A stretch of DNA of 64,000 bases from Klebsiella phage HMGUkp2. The notes below the pieces were generated by a model. It was not told the origin of the DNA. It saw only the letters and a list, made by a program, of their open reading frames with translations, and did no database searches. The translations under genes and the position numbers were made by a program. Every line of letters starts with the position of its first letter. Position 1 is the first letter of the stretch. Shown here one piece after another: positions 1 to 8,292 of the stretch. The stretch is taken from the sequence record PV683292.1, one strand, 5' to 3'.

Positions 1-15
1 ACAAGAGGAAATGAA

Positions 16-1857
16 ATGATTAAGAATGAAATTCGTGTTTTAAGCGACATTGAACACATCAAAAAACGTAGTGGGATGTATATTGGCAGTTCAGCCCATG
101 AAGCCCATGAACGGTTTCTGTTTGGTAAATACATGTCTCTGCAATATGTTCCTGGTCTTGTTAAACTTATTGATGAAATCATTGATAACTCTGTTGATGA
201 AGCTATTCGTACGAGCTTTAAGTTTGCCAACAAAATTGACGTTGAAATCCGTGGAAATAAAGTTATCGTAGAAGATAATGGCCGAGGTATTCCACAGGAC
301 CTGGTTGAAACCCCTACAGGCGAAATGATTCCGGGCCCTGTAGCTGCGTGGACCATTCCAAAAGCTGGTGGTAACTTTGGCGATGACGCCGAACGTAAGA
401 CGGGTGGTATGAACGGTGTGGGTTCTAGTTTAACCAATATCTTCTCCGTTTTGTTCACAGGCGCTACCTGTGATGGAAAGAATGAGATTACCGTACAGTG
501 TTCTAACGGTATGGATTCTATAAGCTGGAATAAAGTTCCGGCCTCTAAGAAAGAACATGTCAAAGCTAAAACAGGAACAGTGGTTTCATTTATTCCAGAT
601 TTTGTTAACTTTGAAGTAAGTAATCTGACTGATGTTTATAGTGAAATCACTTTAGACCGTCTTCAAACTCTGGCTGTAATTTATCCGGATGTTAAATTTA
701 CTTTCAACGGTAAAAAGGTCGATGGCAACTTTAAAAAGTTTGCTAAGCAGTTCGGTGAGAGTGTAGTAATTCAAGAAACAGATAACGTTTCTATGGCGTT
801 TACTAATTCAGATGATGGGTTCCGACATCTGACTTATGTGAACAACATCCATACTAAGAACGGCGGGCATCATATTGAATGTGTATTCGACGATATCTGC
901 GAGCATCTTTTACCTGGCATTAAGCGTAAGTACAAAGGTATTGAAGTAACTAAGGCCCGTGTTAAAGAATGCATGACTATGATTATGTTCATTCGCGATA
1001 TGACCAATATGCGCTTCGATTCTCAGACTAAAGAACGTTTGACATCTCCTTTTGGTGAGATCCGTAGCCATATTAAAATTGATGCCAAGAAGATAGCGCA
1101 AAGCATCTTGAAAGATGAAGGCCTGATTATGCCTATCGTCGAAGCTGCATTAGCTCGAAAATTAGCAGCCGAAAAGGCCGCTGAAACTAAAGCTAATAAA
1201 AAAGCCGCTAAAGCTAAAGTAGAAAAGCACATTAAGGCTAACATGTACGGCAAAGACGCCGACACAACCCTGTTCTTAACAGAAGGTGATTCTGCAATTG
1301 GTTATTTGATTGAAGTTCGTAACAGAGAACTTCATGGCGGATATCCATTACGTGGTAAGTTTATGAATACATGGGGTATGTCTGCTGTAGATATCCTAAA
1401 GAACAAAGAAGCCTTTGATATCTGTGCAATCACCGGATTAACTATCGGCGAATCTGCTGAAGGTATGAACTACAGAAATATTGCTATCATGACTGATGCT
1501 GACGTTGACGGTACAGGTTCAATCTATCCTTCGCTGTTGGCTTTCTTCAGTCACTGGCCAGAACTATTTGAGCAGGGTCGAATTCGTTTTGTAAAAACTC
1601 CTGTTATTATTGCCCAGGTAGGTAAAAACCAAGAATGGTTCTATGATCTGCCTTCTTACGACAAAGCTAAAGAATCTCTTGGTAAGCATAGCATTCGATA
1701 TATTAAAGGGCTTGGTTCTCTGACTCGTGATGAATATGAACGAGTTATCCAAGAGCCAGTTTATGATGTAGTTAAACTGCCTGAAAATTGGAAAGACCTT
1801 TTTGAAATGCTGATGGGTAAAGATGCATCTAAGCGTAAAGCTTGGATGGCCGCTTAA
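16..1857 (+). CDS. 39: DNA topoisomerase II large (GyrB-like ATPase) subunit, single 613-aa polypeptide equivalent to T4 gp39+gp60 fused
   Basis: N-terminal GHKL ATPase motifs (IDNSVDEA, GxxGxG-like region) and a toprim region. It is continuous to the C-terminus with no split and no gene-60 bypass element. Its position before rIIA matches T4. Confidence 0.88.
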   Translation: MIKNEIRVLSDIEHIKKRSGMYIGSSAHEAHERFLFGKYMSLQYVPGLVKLIDEIIDNSVDEAIRTSFKFANKIDVEIRGNKVIVEDNGRGIPQDLVETPTGEMIPGPVAAWTIPKAGGNFGDDAERKTGGMNGVGSSLTNIFSVLFTGATCDGKNEITVQCSNGMDSISWNKVPASKKEHVKAKTGTVVSFIPDFVNFEVSNLTDVYSEITLDRLQTLAVIYPDVKFTFNGKKVDGNFKKFAKQFGESVVIQETDNVSMAFTNSDDGFRHLTYVNNIHTKNGGHHIECVFDDICEHLLPGIKRKYKGIEVTKARVKECMTMIMFIRDMTNMRFDSQTKERLTSPFGEIRSHIKIDAKKIAQSILKDEGLIMPIVEAALARKLAAEKAAETKANKKAAKAKVEKHIKANMYGKDADTTLFLTEGDSAIGYLIEVRNRELHGGYPLRGKFMNTWGMSAVDILKNKEAFDICAITGLTIGESAEGMNYRNIAIMTDADVDGTGSIYPSLLAFFSHWPELFEQGRIRFVKTPVIIAQVGKNQEWFYDLPSYDKAKESLGKHSIRYIKGLGSLTRDEYERVIQEPVYDVVKLPENWKDLFEMLMGKDASKRKAWMAA

Positions 1858-1863
1858 TTAAAG

Positions 1864-1882
1864 GGCTTCGGCCCTTTGGAGG
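1864..1882 (+). terminator. UUCG-tetraloop hairpin after gene 39
   Basis: GGGC-UUCG-GCCC followed by TTTGG. Weak T-run. Confidence 0.4.
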
Positions 1883-1886
1883 TTAT

Positions 1887-2210
1887 ATGAATCTGGTAAT
1901 GCAAAATAACGCGATAGTTAATTTAGATAACATAGCCAGAATGGTAATGGAATCTGCAATTAGGCGTGTTGAATTTATAGACTCAGACGCCGCCAGGAAG
2001 AAAAAGTACCTGTCGGCTGTAAGAAACATAGCCGATAAGATTAAAATGAACCAGGAGTTAACCAGCGTTGAACGTGACTCAACTTTAAAGCTCATTTACT
2101 TGCACCGTGAAGAAAAGAGTACAATGGGTGAAATGAGACGAATCCTGGCTGAGCTTGGTTCTACCCGTGAGTATGTTCAACATAAGGTGACCCAGAATGC
2201 GAAGCTATAA
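1887..2210 (+). CDS. hypothetical protein (39/rIIA intergenic small gene)
   Basis: ORF with RBS 'ggagg' 6 nt upstream of an ATG at 1887. The track's 1842 start is a TTG that runs through the terminator hairpin. Confidence 0.4.
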   Translation: MNLVMQNNAIVNLDNIARMVMESAIRRVEFIDSDAARKKKYLSAVRNIADKIKMNQELTSVERDSTLKLIYLHREEKSTMGEMRRILAELGSTREYVQHKVTQNAKL

Positions 2211-2400
2211 AGTTAACTTGAACTTGTTAGATAATGCTATATTCAAAGAATATAGAATGATTCAACGGTTCTTTGATATCGACGAAGCTGAGTTGTTTAA
2301 AGAACGCTTCACAGATATTCGTATTAAAATAACCCACGACTGTGCATCGGCCGAAGAGCTCTTAGAGTGCGCCGAATTGATTAAACTACATAATGATTAA
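2197..2400 (+). CDS. hypothetical small protein
   Basis: 67-aa ORF whose ATG overlaps the preceding stop, compactly packed as in the T4 rIIA.1 region. Confidence 0.35.
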   Translation: MRSYKVNLNLLDNAIFKEYRMIQRFFDIDEAELFKERFTDIRIKITHDCASAEELLECAELIKLHND

Positions 2401-2408
2401 GGTATAAA

Positions 2409-4556
2409 ATGAAACTCGTAACTGATGATGAAATTGTAATGGGTTCTGGCGGTAAATCAACCGATTTCACGATTAAAGCCTCAGCCAAAGCGTTCCGTGT
2501 TCTGTCTTCTAACCTGTACAAAAACAAAATTCGTGCAATCGTTCGTGAACTCTCTACTAACTGTATCGATGCTCATTTCCTGAATGGTTGTACTCGCCCG
2601 TTCGAAATTAAGGTTCCTTCTCGTCTTGACCCACGATTTGTTATTCGTGACTTTGGCCCTGGCCTTGATGAAGACGGTATGATTAACCTGTACACTACTT
2701 TCTTCGAATCTACCAAGAACAACAGCAACGACTTTATCGGTGCTCTGGGTCTTGGCTCTAAATCTCCATTAAGCTATACCAACACGTTCACAGTAGTATC
2801 TAACCATGGTGGTCGATCTCGTGGTTATACAGTAATGATGGACGGCGGGCTGCCTAAAATTCGTCCTACCTTTGATGAAGAAATGGCCGAAGGTGAAACT
2901 ACTGGCTTAGAAATCACTGTACCAGTCAAAACCGATGACATCGGCTCATGGCAGCATGAAATCAAATATGTTCTTCGCCCTATGGGTAAAGATTCTGTAG
3001 TTCTGAAAGGAACCCAGATGGAAGTTGATTTCTTCCCAGACCAAGATGTATTCACATCAGATCAGTACAACGGCTACGAAAATAACGGTATCTATGCAAT
3101 CTATGGTAAGATTGTATATCCCTTGAACGACGTCCCTGGTGTTAAAGATTCATGGCTTCGTGCCCGGTATTCACGGGTGTATATTAAGTTCCCTCTGGGT
3201 GAGCTAGATATCACTCCTTCTCGTGAAGAGTTATCTCTTGACCCGGACACCGTGGCAAATATCCAGGCCCGTGTCTCTAAGATTAACCAAGAGTATCTTG
3301 AACGAGATATCCAAGAACTAGACGAAATCACTAACGAGCGTGAACTGGTTCGTAGGTATAATGAGTTTAGCCGTGCTGAGCGTAACATCATTGCTAGCTC
3401 AGGTGTTAAAACTAATCTAGGGTCTATTGCAACTATCCTGACCAAGTATGATGTTACTAAGCTTCGTGATATGGCGATGAACTCAGGTGCTGTAGCATAC
3501 GACGGCGACGTTGTTAAATTATATCGTTTCAAAAACAGTTATGGCGGGCGTTCTAAGATTTATGTAGATTCAATCTTAGGCATAGATAAGAAGAAATTGA
3601 CTGTTCTTATTGACGATAAGTCTTCTAAACGTGTAGCAACTATCAGGGCTCTTAAACACGCTGGTAAACTTGCCCGACATGATTTTGTTTTGGTCATCAA
3701 CCCAGAATCAGAATCACAGCAGGCTTTCTTAAAGAAAGCTATTGAAGTGATGGCTGAAGATGAAGTCGTTACATACAAAGTATCTGAATGTGAAGAACTG
3801 CGCGCTAAGCTGCCTAAAGTAGAAAGCGATGGGCCTGCAGAGAAACGCCCGGCTTCACCGAACGGGGCCCGGTACACGTATTCTGAGAAAAACGGTTGGA
3901 CGATTGAAAACCTTAAGTTAACCTCTAGTGAACTCTCTGAACTCGAAGGTTTTGTGTTGCTTCGTAATCGTGATGATTTCATGACCTTCCCGGCCAAATC
4001 AGCCATTAGCTGCTTTAACGATACAGATGCTCGTATCTTGGCCCAAGAATGTGGTATCACAGAGTTCTTGGTTATGCGTCCATCCGGGTGTCGTAAAGCG
4101 TTATTTGAAAACGAAAATCTTATTGATATGATGGCTTATATCATCGATCGGTATATTGATGCTATAGATGCCGTGGATTACGATTGCTATCTCCCAAGAA
4201 ATTTCCGTAGCAATCGTGTGATTAATCACATTATTAATAAGAAGAAACTTGGGTTCCTTCTGACTCACTTTGTAGAAGGCAATGCTAATTCTGATTCATT
4301 GAATCGCCTGGTTAATATGAATCAGCGGTTGAGCAACGTCACAGTGAAAGATAATACTGATTTAGCTTTATGTAATCAGATTTATAATAGACTGGAAGAA
4401 ACATCTACGAACGTTTTCGCTGCTAAATTGAAAGAGTTCCATGAAAAATATCCAGTTATTGATACCATTCTGAATGAATGGCACCTGGAACAGGCCCAAA
4501 TCGACGATATCGTTAAAATCATGGCTGCTCTTGAAGCAGCCGAACAATCCAAATAA
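2409..4556 (+). CDS. rIIA: rIIA protector from prophage-induced early lysis (GHKL ATPase-like membrane-associated protein)
   Basis: 715 aa. The N-terminus MKLVTDDEIVMGSGGKSTDFTIKASAKAFRVLSSNLYKNKIRAIVRELSTNCIDAH matches the T4 rIIA N-terminal region. Confidence 0.9.
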   Translation: MKLVTDDEIVMGSGGKSTDFTIKASAKAFRVLSSNLYKNKIRAIVRELSTNCIDAHFLNGCTRPFEIKVPSRLDPRFVIRDFGPGLDEDGMINLYTTFFESTKNNSNDFIGALGLGSKSPLSYTNTFTVVSNHGGRSRGYTVMMDGGLPKIRPTFDEEMAEGETTGLEITVPVKTDDIGSWQHEIKYVLRPMGKDSVVLKGTQMEVDFFPDQDVFTSDQYNGYENNGIYAIYGKIVYPLNDVPGVKDSWLRARYSRVYIKFPLGELDITPSREELSLDPDTVANIQARVSKINQEYLERDIQELDEITNERELVRRYNEFSRAERNIIASSGVKTNLGSIATILTKYDVTKLRDMAMNSGAVAYDGDVVKLYRFKNSYGGRSKIYVDSILGIDKKKLTVLIDDKSSKRVATIRALKHAGKLARHDFVLVINPESESQQAFLKKAIEVMAEDEVVTYKVSECEELRAKLPKVESDGPAEKRPASPNGARYTYSEKNGWTIENLKLTSSELSELEGFVLLRNRDDFMTFPAKSAISCFNDTDARILAQECGITEFLVMRPSGCRKALFENENLIDMMAYIIDRYIDAIDAVDYDCYLPRNFRSNRVINHIINKKKLGFLLTHFVEGNANSDSLNRLVNMNQRLSNVTVKDNTDLALCNQIYNRLEETSTNVFAAKLKEFHEKYPVIDTILNEWHLEQAQIDDIVKIMAALEAAEQSK

Positions 4557-4568
4557 TAGAGGTGAATA

Positions 4569-5456
4569 ATGGCTGTACTATGTCTGTCCGAGAATGAAAA
4601 AGATGCAATCGTAAAAGGTTTTAACGGTGGTCTTTACAGTAAAAAAGAACTAGCTGAAATTTATGGTGTTTCAACTGATACGATCCGCCGTGTTTTTAAA
4701 GAGCGCGAACCTGCCACTAAAGCTCCGGTTAAACGCGAATTCCAGTGGGCCGCTTCAAGCAAGTTCATTTCTATCACTGAAGGACGTACCACTTATAACG
4801 CAGACCCAAGTCATCCAGGGTTTAAATCAGCCCTGATGAAACTGGCCGAAGGCAAAATCGAAGAAGCCATCGACCACATCAACATCGAGCGTGGTATTGC
4901 TAAATTTGTTAAAGGCAACGTCCGTATCGAAGACGGTGCTCTGTATTACAAGGACATCGAACTGAAATCCGGCTTGACCGAACGTATTATCTCAGCAATG
5001 GAAAATGGTGAAGACTTCGAACGTTATCTGCCGTTCCTGGAAAATCTGATGCTGAACCCGAGCCGTAAAGCTGTTTATCGTCTGTTTGACTTCCTGAATG
5101 CAAACGACATCGAAATTACTGACGATGGTTACTTTATCGGTTGGAAGGTAGTTCGTTCTAACTACTTTGACTGTGCATCTGGTAAGTTTGATAACAGTCC
5201 TGGTAAAGAAGTTACCATGCCTCGTAACCAGGTTGACGAAGACGACGAACGCACCTGCTCTACTGGTCTGCATGTTTGCTCCAAATCTTATATCAGACAC
5301 TTTGGTAGTGGTTCTGACCGTATCGTTTCGGTTAAAGTACATCCTCGTGATGTAGTAAGTATTCCTGTCGATTACAACGATGCTAAAATGCGTACCTGTG
5401 GGTATAAAGTCCTTGAAGACGTAACTGCTCGTTGGAACGACGAACTGCGCGGTTAA
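4569..5456 (+). CDS. rIIB: rIIB protein
   Basis: 295 aa. An N-terminal HTH-like '...GVSTDTIRRVFKE' segment resembles T4 rIIB, and the gene is adjacent to rIIA. Confidence 0.85.
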   Translation: MAVLCLSENEKDAIVKGFNGGLYSKKELAEIYGVSTDTIRRVFKEREPATKAPVKREFQWAASSKFISITEGRTTYNADPSHPGFKSALMKLAEGKIEEAIDHINIERGIAKFVKGNVRIEDGALYYKDIELKSGLTERIISAMENGEDFERYLPFLENLMLNPSRKAVYRLFDFLNANDIEITDDGYFIGWKVVRSNYFDCASGKFDNSPGKEVTMPRNQVDEDDERTCSTGLHVCSKSYIRHFGSGSDRIVSVKVHPRDVVSIPVDYNDAKMRTCGYKVLEDVTARWNDELRG

Positions 5457-5494
5457 TTAAATGGGGCCTTGTCCCCTTTCTTATAAGGTGACTT

Positions 5495-5686
5495 ATGACT
5501 GACTTCCAATCTCGTGTTATCGATGAATTATCCGAACTGAATCTGAAAATTAATTCTCTGACTGCATTCACTATCAGCAGCGAATTCAAAACGCTTGACC
5601 CTGTAGACCAAAATTTGCTTCTTAGACAGCTTGATACAATGTCCGCATACCGACACATCCTAGAAAAACGCATTCAGAGGTTCTAA
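5495..5686 (+). CDS. hypothetical protein
   Basis: 63-aa ORF with coding-like composition, in the denB/ndd accessory region. Confidence 0.4.
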   Translation: MTDFQSRVIDELSELNLKINSLTAFTISSEFKTLDPVDQNLLLRQLDTMSAYRHILEKRIQRF

Positions 5687-5970
5687 TGATTAATCCATTC
5701 AATGCCGGCGATCGTAAAATCACCATCTCAAATCTTCGTGGAAACCATAAAGCCGCTACGGTTTATTGCGGCAAGCTTGTTAAACACGAAGGCGATGCCC
5801 ATTACGGCTGGCTTGAATGTGATGAAGTCGTCGAGAACGAGTTTCCATTAGTCGATTCCAGTACTCTGGAATGGGACGACCGAATTTATTATGGTGAACT
5901 ACGTATCAGAGGTTTATATGGTATCGATGAGCTTGACTTGGAAACAACTGCTGAATCTGAAGCCGGCTGA
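5686..5970 (+). CDS. hypothetical protein
   Basis: 94-aa ORF whose start overlaps the preceding stop (ATGA). Confidence 0.4.
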   Translation: MINPFNAGDRKITISNLRGNHKAATVYCGKLVKHEGDAHYGWLECDEVVENEFPLVDSSTLEWDDRIYYGELRIRGLYGIDELDLETTAESEAG

Positions 5971-6520
5971 TTTAACGGTTGAAGACCTTAGTAGAGAAAA
6001 TAAAATTAAGGCCATTAGTACTGCTCGCCACTCAATGGCCTTAGATGCTTCGCAAGAACAACGTTCTACTTTAAAGCGCTGTGTTATAGCAACATTAGCA
6101 GAACAGATGGTTGCAGAATGCACGTTTGGACGTGTGATGGATTCTGAGTTTGACAAAACCAATCCATTCAGCTATGCCTTCGATGTTATCTCTGAAGAAG
6201 GTGTGCGCATCGAGGTCAAGACCCACCAGTCTGATTCTCGATGGATTAACGTCCATACTAAAGGAAGATATCCTTATCCACACGGCTCAGGAATCGACCT
6301 AGATACGTTCCTGACGTATCGATTATCTGACTTAATAATCATATTAGATGTAGAAGAAGTGTCCCCAGGCGTCTACAGGTTTACTCCTCGTATGATGGGT
6401 GACCAAACTGCCTTCTTGCCTGGCTCTGGCCTGGTTCAAGAAAGTAAGTACGAAAATGGTGGTTGGTACTTACGTTCTTGTTCTGAAGAAGAATACCAGT
6501 TTAAAAGGTTTACATACTAA
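5921..6520 (+). CDS. hypothetical protein at the denB (endonuclease IV) position
   Basis: About 200 aa ORF in the syntenic position of T4 denB. No recognisable motif, and the start is uncertain between 5891, 5921 and 5930. Confidence 0.35.
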   Translation, partial: VSMSLTWKQLLNLKPADLTVEDLSRENKIKAISTARHSMALDASQEQRSTLKRCVIATLAEQMVAECTFGRVMDSEFDKTNPFSYAFDVISEEGVRIEVKTHQSDSRWINVHTKGRYPYPHGSGIDLDTFLTYRLSDLIIILDVEEVSPGVYRFTPRMMGDQTAFLPGSGLVQESKYENGGWYLRSCSEEEYQFKRFTY

Positions 6521-6538
6521 GTAGACCATGTTATAGTA
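6508..6538 (+). promoter_or_regulatory. early promoter
   Basis: GTTTAC(6508-6513), 17 nt, TGTTATAGT, then the leader CUCCUACACCAACA…GAGGAG…ATG(6567). Confidence 0.65.
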
Positions 6539-6566
6539 CTCCTACACCAACAGTGAGGAGCACTAA

Positions 6567-6767
6567 ATGAAATCTTTAATCCAACGTTTCGGAAAAGCAA
6601 AATATGGCTGCGCTGCTGAACGCGAATATGTTTACTATCAACTTCTTGATGTAGAAGCTCAGCTCAATTCTGCAGCTGTTTCTGGAATAGCTCCGATGTG
6701 TGGAGTTGAAGCTCTGCGTGAAGTTCGTGATGGTTACCGCCGCCAAATTGAGGAAATGTCTAAATGA
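6567..6767 (+). CDS. hypothetical protein
   Basis: 66-aa ORF immediately downstream of the early promoter at 6508-6538, preceded by RBS 'gaggag'. Confidence 0.45.
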   Translation: MKSLIQRFGKAKYGCAAEREYVYYQLLDVEAQLNSAAVSGIAPMCGVEALREVRDGYRRQIEEMSK

Positions 6768-7003
6768 AACGGTTTGGATTGTTCAATATTGTAAGAAACG
6801 AGTGGGTAACTACTTGGTGCACCGGAACTTTCGAAGGTTGGGTAGAACATTATCTCGACTACGATGATGACCAAATCTTCATGATGTCTACTGAACAGGA
6901 TGCCTTGCGAGTTCTGTCAGGTCGTTCTGGCTATCTCACTTATGCTGAGATGGACTTAGAGATTTCGCGTGGTGAAATCATCGTGAAAGAAATTAATCTC
7001 TAA
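6764..7003 (+). CDS. hypothetical protein
   Basis: 79-aa ORF overlapping the preceding stop. Confidence 0.4.
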   Translation: MKRFGLFNIVRNEWVTTWCTGTFEGWVEHYLDYDDDQIFMMSTEQDALRVLSGRSGYLTYAEMDLEISRGEIIVKEINL

Positions 7004-7005
7004 GT

Positions 7006-7047
7006 GTTTACAACGTCTGTAGGTCATGATACTATGTTCCTACAGAC
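7006..7047 (+). promoter_or_regulatory. T4-type early (sigma70) promoter with the -10 region embedded in a 9-bp inverted repeat
   Basis: GTTTAC(7006-7011), 17 nt, TGATACTAT. The arms GTCTGTAGG / CCTACAGAC flank the -10 element. Confidence 0.6.
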
Positions 7048-7346
7048 AAAATGGAGGAAATCATGCTTAAGAACATTTTCAACTTTATCGTTTTAGCTAT
7101 CGTACTGATGATAATGCCTATAGTGTTCTTTATTGACGTGATTATCATAAATTTAAGGCATCTGTTCTGAGGAAATTAATATGAATGTAGTATTAGGCTG
7201 GATTCATGCAGCAGCTTTTATTATTGGATGCAACGTTCCGTATTGGCTCGGTTGGTCTGATACTATGTTATGGTTCTTTAAGCCGTAACATCCGGGAGCT
7301 TAGCTCCCGTAGAGGATAAAACTTAAACTTTATTGAGGAAAATATT

Positions 7347-7805
7347 ATGACTACTGATACCCGCAACTACATGACTCGTGGCGATCTGACTAAAGCTGGT
7401 GCTGTAACTGTGGCCCACGTTAAAAACGGCCATACTGTCGGCTTTGTTATGCCTGAAGTTCTAGCTCAGCCAGGTTTCTACTTTATGGTTAAAGGTGCTG
7501 GTGAAAATCGTGCAGTAGGAGCCCGGTTCTTTGTAGGTAATCAGCGTTCGGCTCAAGGTTTTAATGCTACGTTGTCTCACATTCGTCAGGGTCGTAGTCA
7601 GCTGGCTCGTACTATGGCTAGCAATAATGTTGTTTACGAAGTTTTGTATCTGCCGCAGTCTAAAATGAAACCTCTGACTACCGGCTTCAAGAAAGGTCAA
7701 CTGGCCCTGGCATTCACTCGTCAGCACAGTTCTGAAATGCAGACCCTGTCTGAGCTGAATCGTATTCTGAATGACAACTTCAAATTCGTTCTTCAGAGCT
7801 ACTAA
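7347..7805 (+). CDS. ndd: nucleoid disruption protein Ndd
   Basis: 152 aa with strong similarity to T4 Ndd (…PGFYF…[11 protein letters not shown]…[14 protein letters not shown]…[20 protein letters not shown]…[11 protein letters not shown]). Confidence 0.88.
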   Translation: MTTDTRNYMTRGDLTKAGAVTVAHVKNGHTVGFVMPEVLAQPGFYFMVKGAGENRAVGARFFVGNQRSAQGFNATLSHIRQGRSQLARTMASNNVVYEVLYLPQSKMKPLTTGFKKGQLALAFTRQHSSEMQTLSELNRILNDNFKFVLQSY

Positions 7806-7990
7806 TGAGTAGTTTTATGAAAATGTTCTTTGCTATGGGCTACTTGGTAGTCCTAGCATTGATGATTTGTGCCGGGACTTATGTTGCCTTAGGTCTTCCT
7901 GTTACAAGCAAACTTATATCGCTGATGTTGTTCTCTGTAGGCTTTATTTGTTTCGAAAGAATTTCTAAAATGTGTGGGGTATACAAGTGA
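7805..7990 (+). CDS. small hydrophobic membrane peptide (ac/stp-region)
   Basis: 61 aa, predicted 2 TM segments. One of a run of small hydrophobic ORFs between ndd and 52. Confidence 0.4.
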   Translation: MSSFMKMFFAMGYLVVLALMICAGTYVALGLPVTSKLISLMLFSVGFICFERISKMCGVYK

Positions 7991-8154
7991 ATCGGATATA
8001 CACTTTCTTCTGGATGATTATTTGTATCGTTCTGTGTACTATGTTCTTTGCTGGAGCATGGGTCCCCACATCAGCTCAAGTTGGGTTCATGATCTGCTGG
8101 TTCGTTTTAGCAGCAGTAATTGATTTTTTAAAGGCCTGTGCTAGCAATGATTAA
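7972..8154 (+). CDS. small hydrophobic membrane peptide
   Basis: 60 aa, 2 TM segments, overlaps the previous ORF's end. Confidence 0.4.
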   Translation: MWGIQVNRIYTFFWMIICIVLCTMFFAGAWVPTSAQVGFMICWFVLAAVIDFLKACASND

Positions 8155-8288
8155 CAAAATTTTCGTAGCCATCCTTGTGATGGCTATTCTTGCTTTAGTA
8201 ATGTACTATGGTATGATATACGGCGTAGTTTATATTGTGCTTTTCATTTCTGATGTTATAGTGCATCTCGGCTCATTTATTTGGTAGG
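8148..8288 (+). CDS. small hydrophobic membrane peptide
   Basis: About 46 aa ORF starting at ATG 8148 (MINKIFVAILVMAIL…), hydrophobic. It is below the 60-aa track cutoff and was read directly from the sequence. Confidence 0.3.
8190..8218 (+). promoter_or_regulatory. possible MotA-dependent middle promoter upstream of gene 52
   Basis: MotA-box-like TTGCTTTA(8190-8197), followed 15 nt later by TATGAT. The spacing is slightly long. Confidence 0.3.
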
Positions 8289-8292
8289 TACT

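Noticed and set aside
50-271. 73-aa plus-strand ORF inside gene 39 in another frame
   Set aside because: It is fully nested in a conserved topoisomerase ORF, has no RBS, and has odd composition.
2825-4060. Three minus-strand ORFs (76, 143 and 166 aa) inside rIIA
   Set aside because: They are antisense to a confidently assigned, highly conserved gene. They have low-complexity S/R/L-rich composition typical of shadow ORFs.
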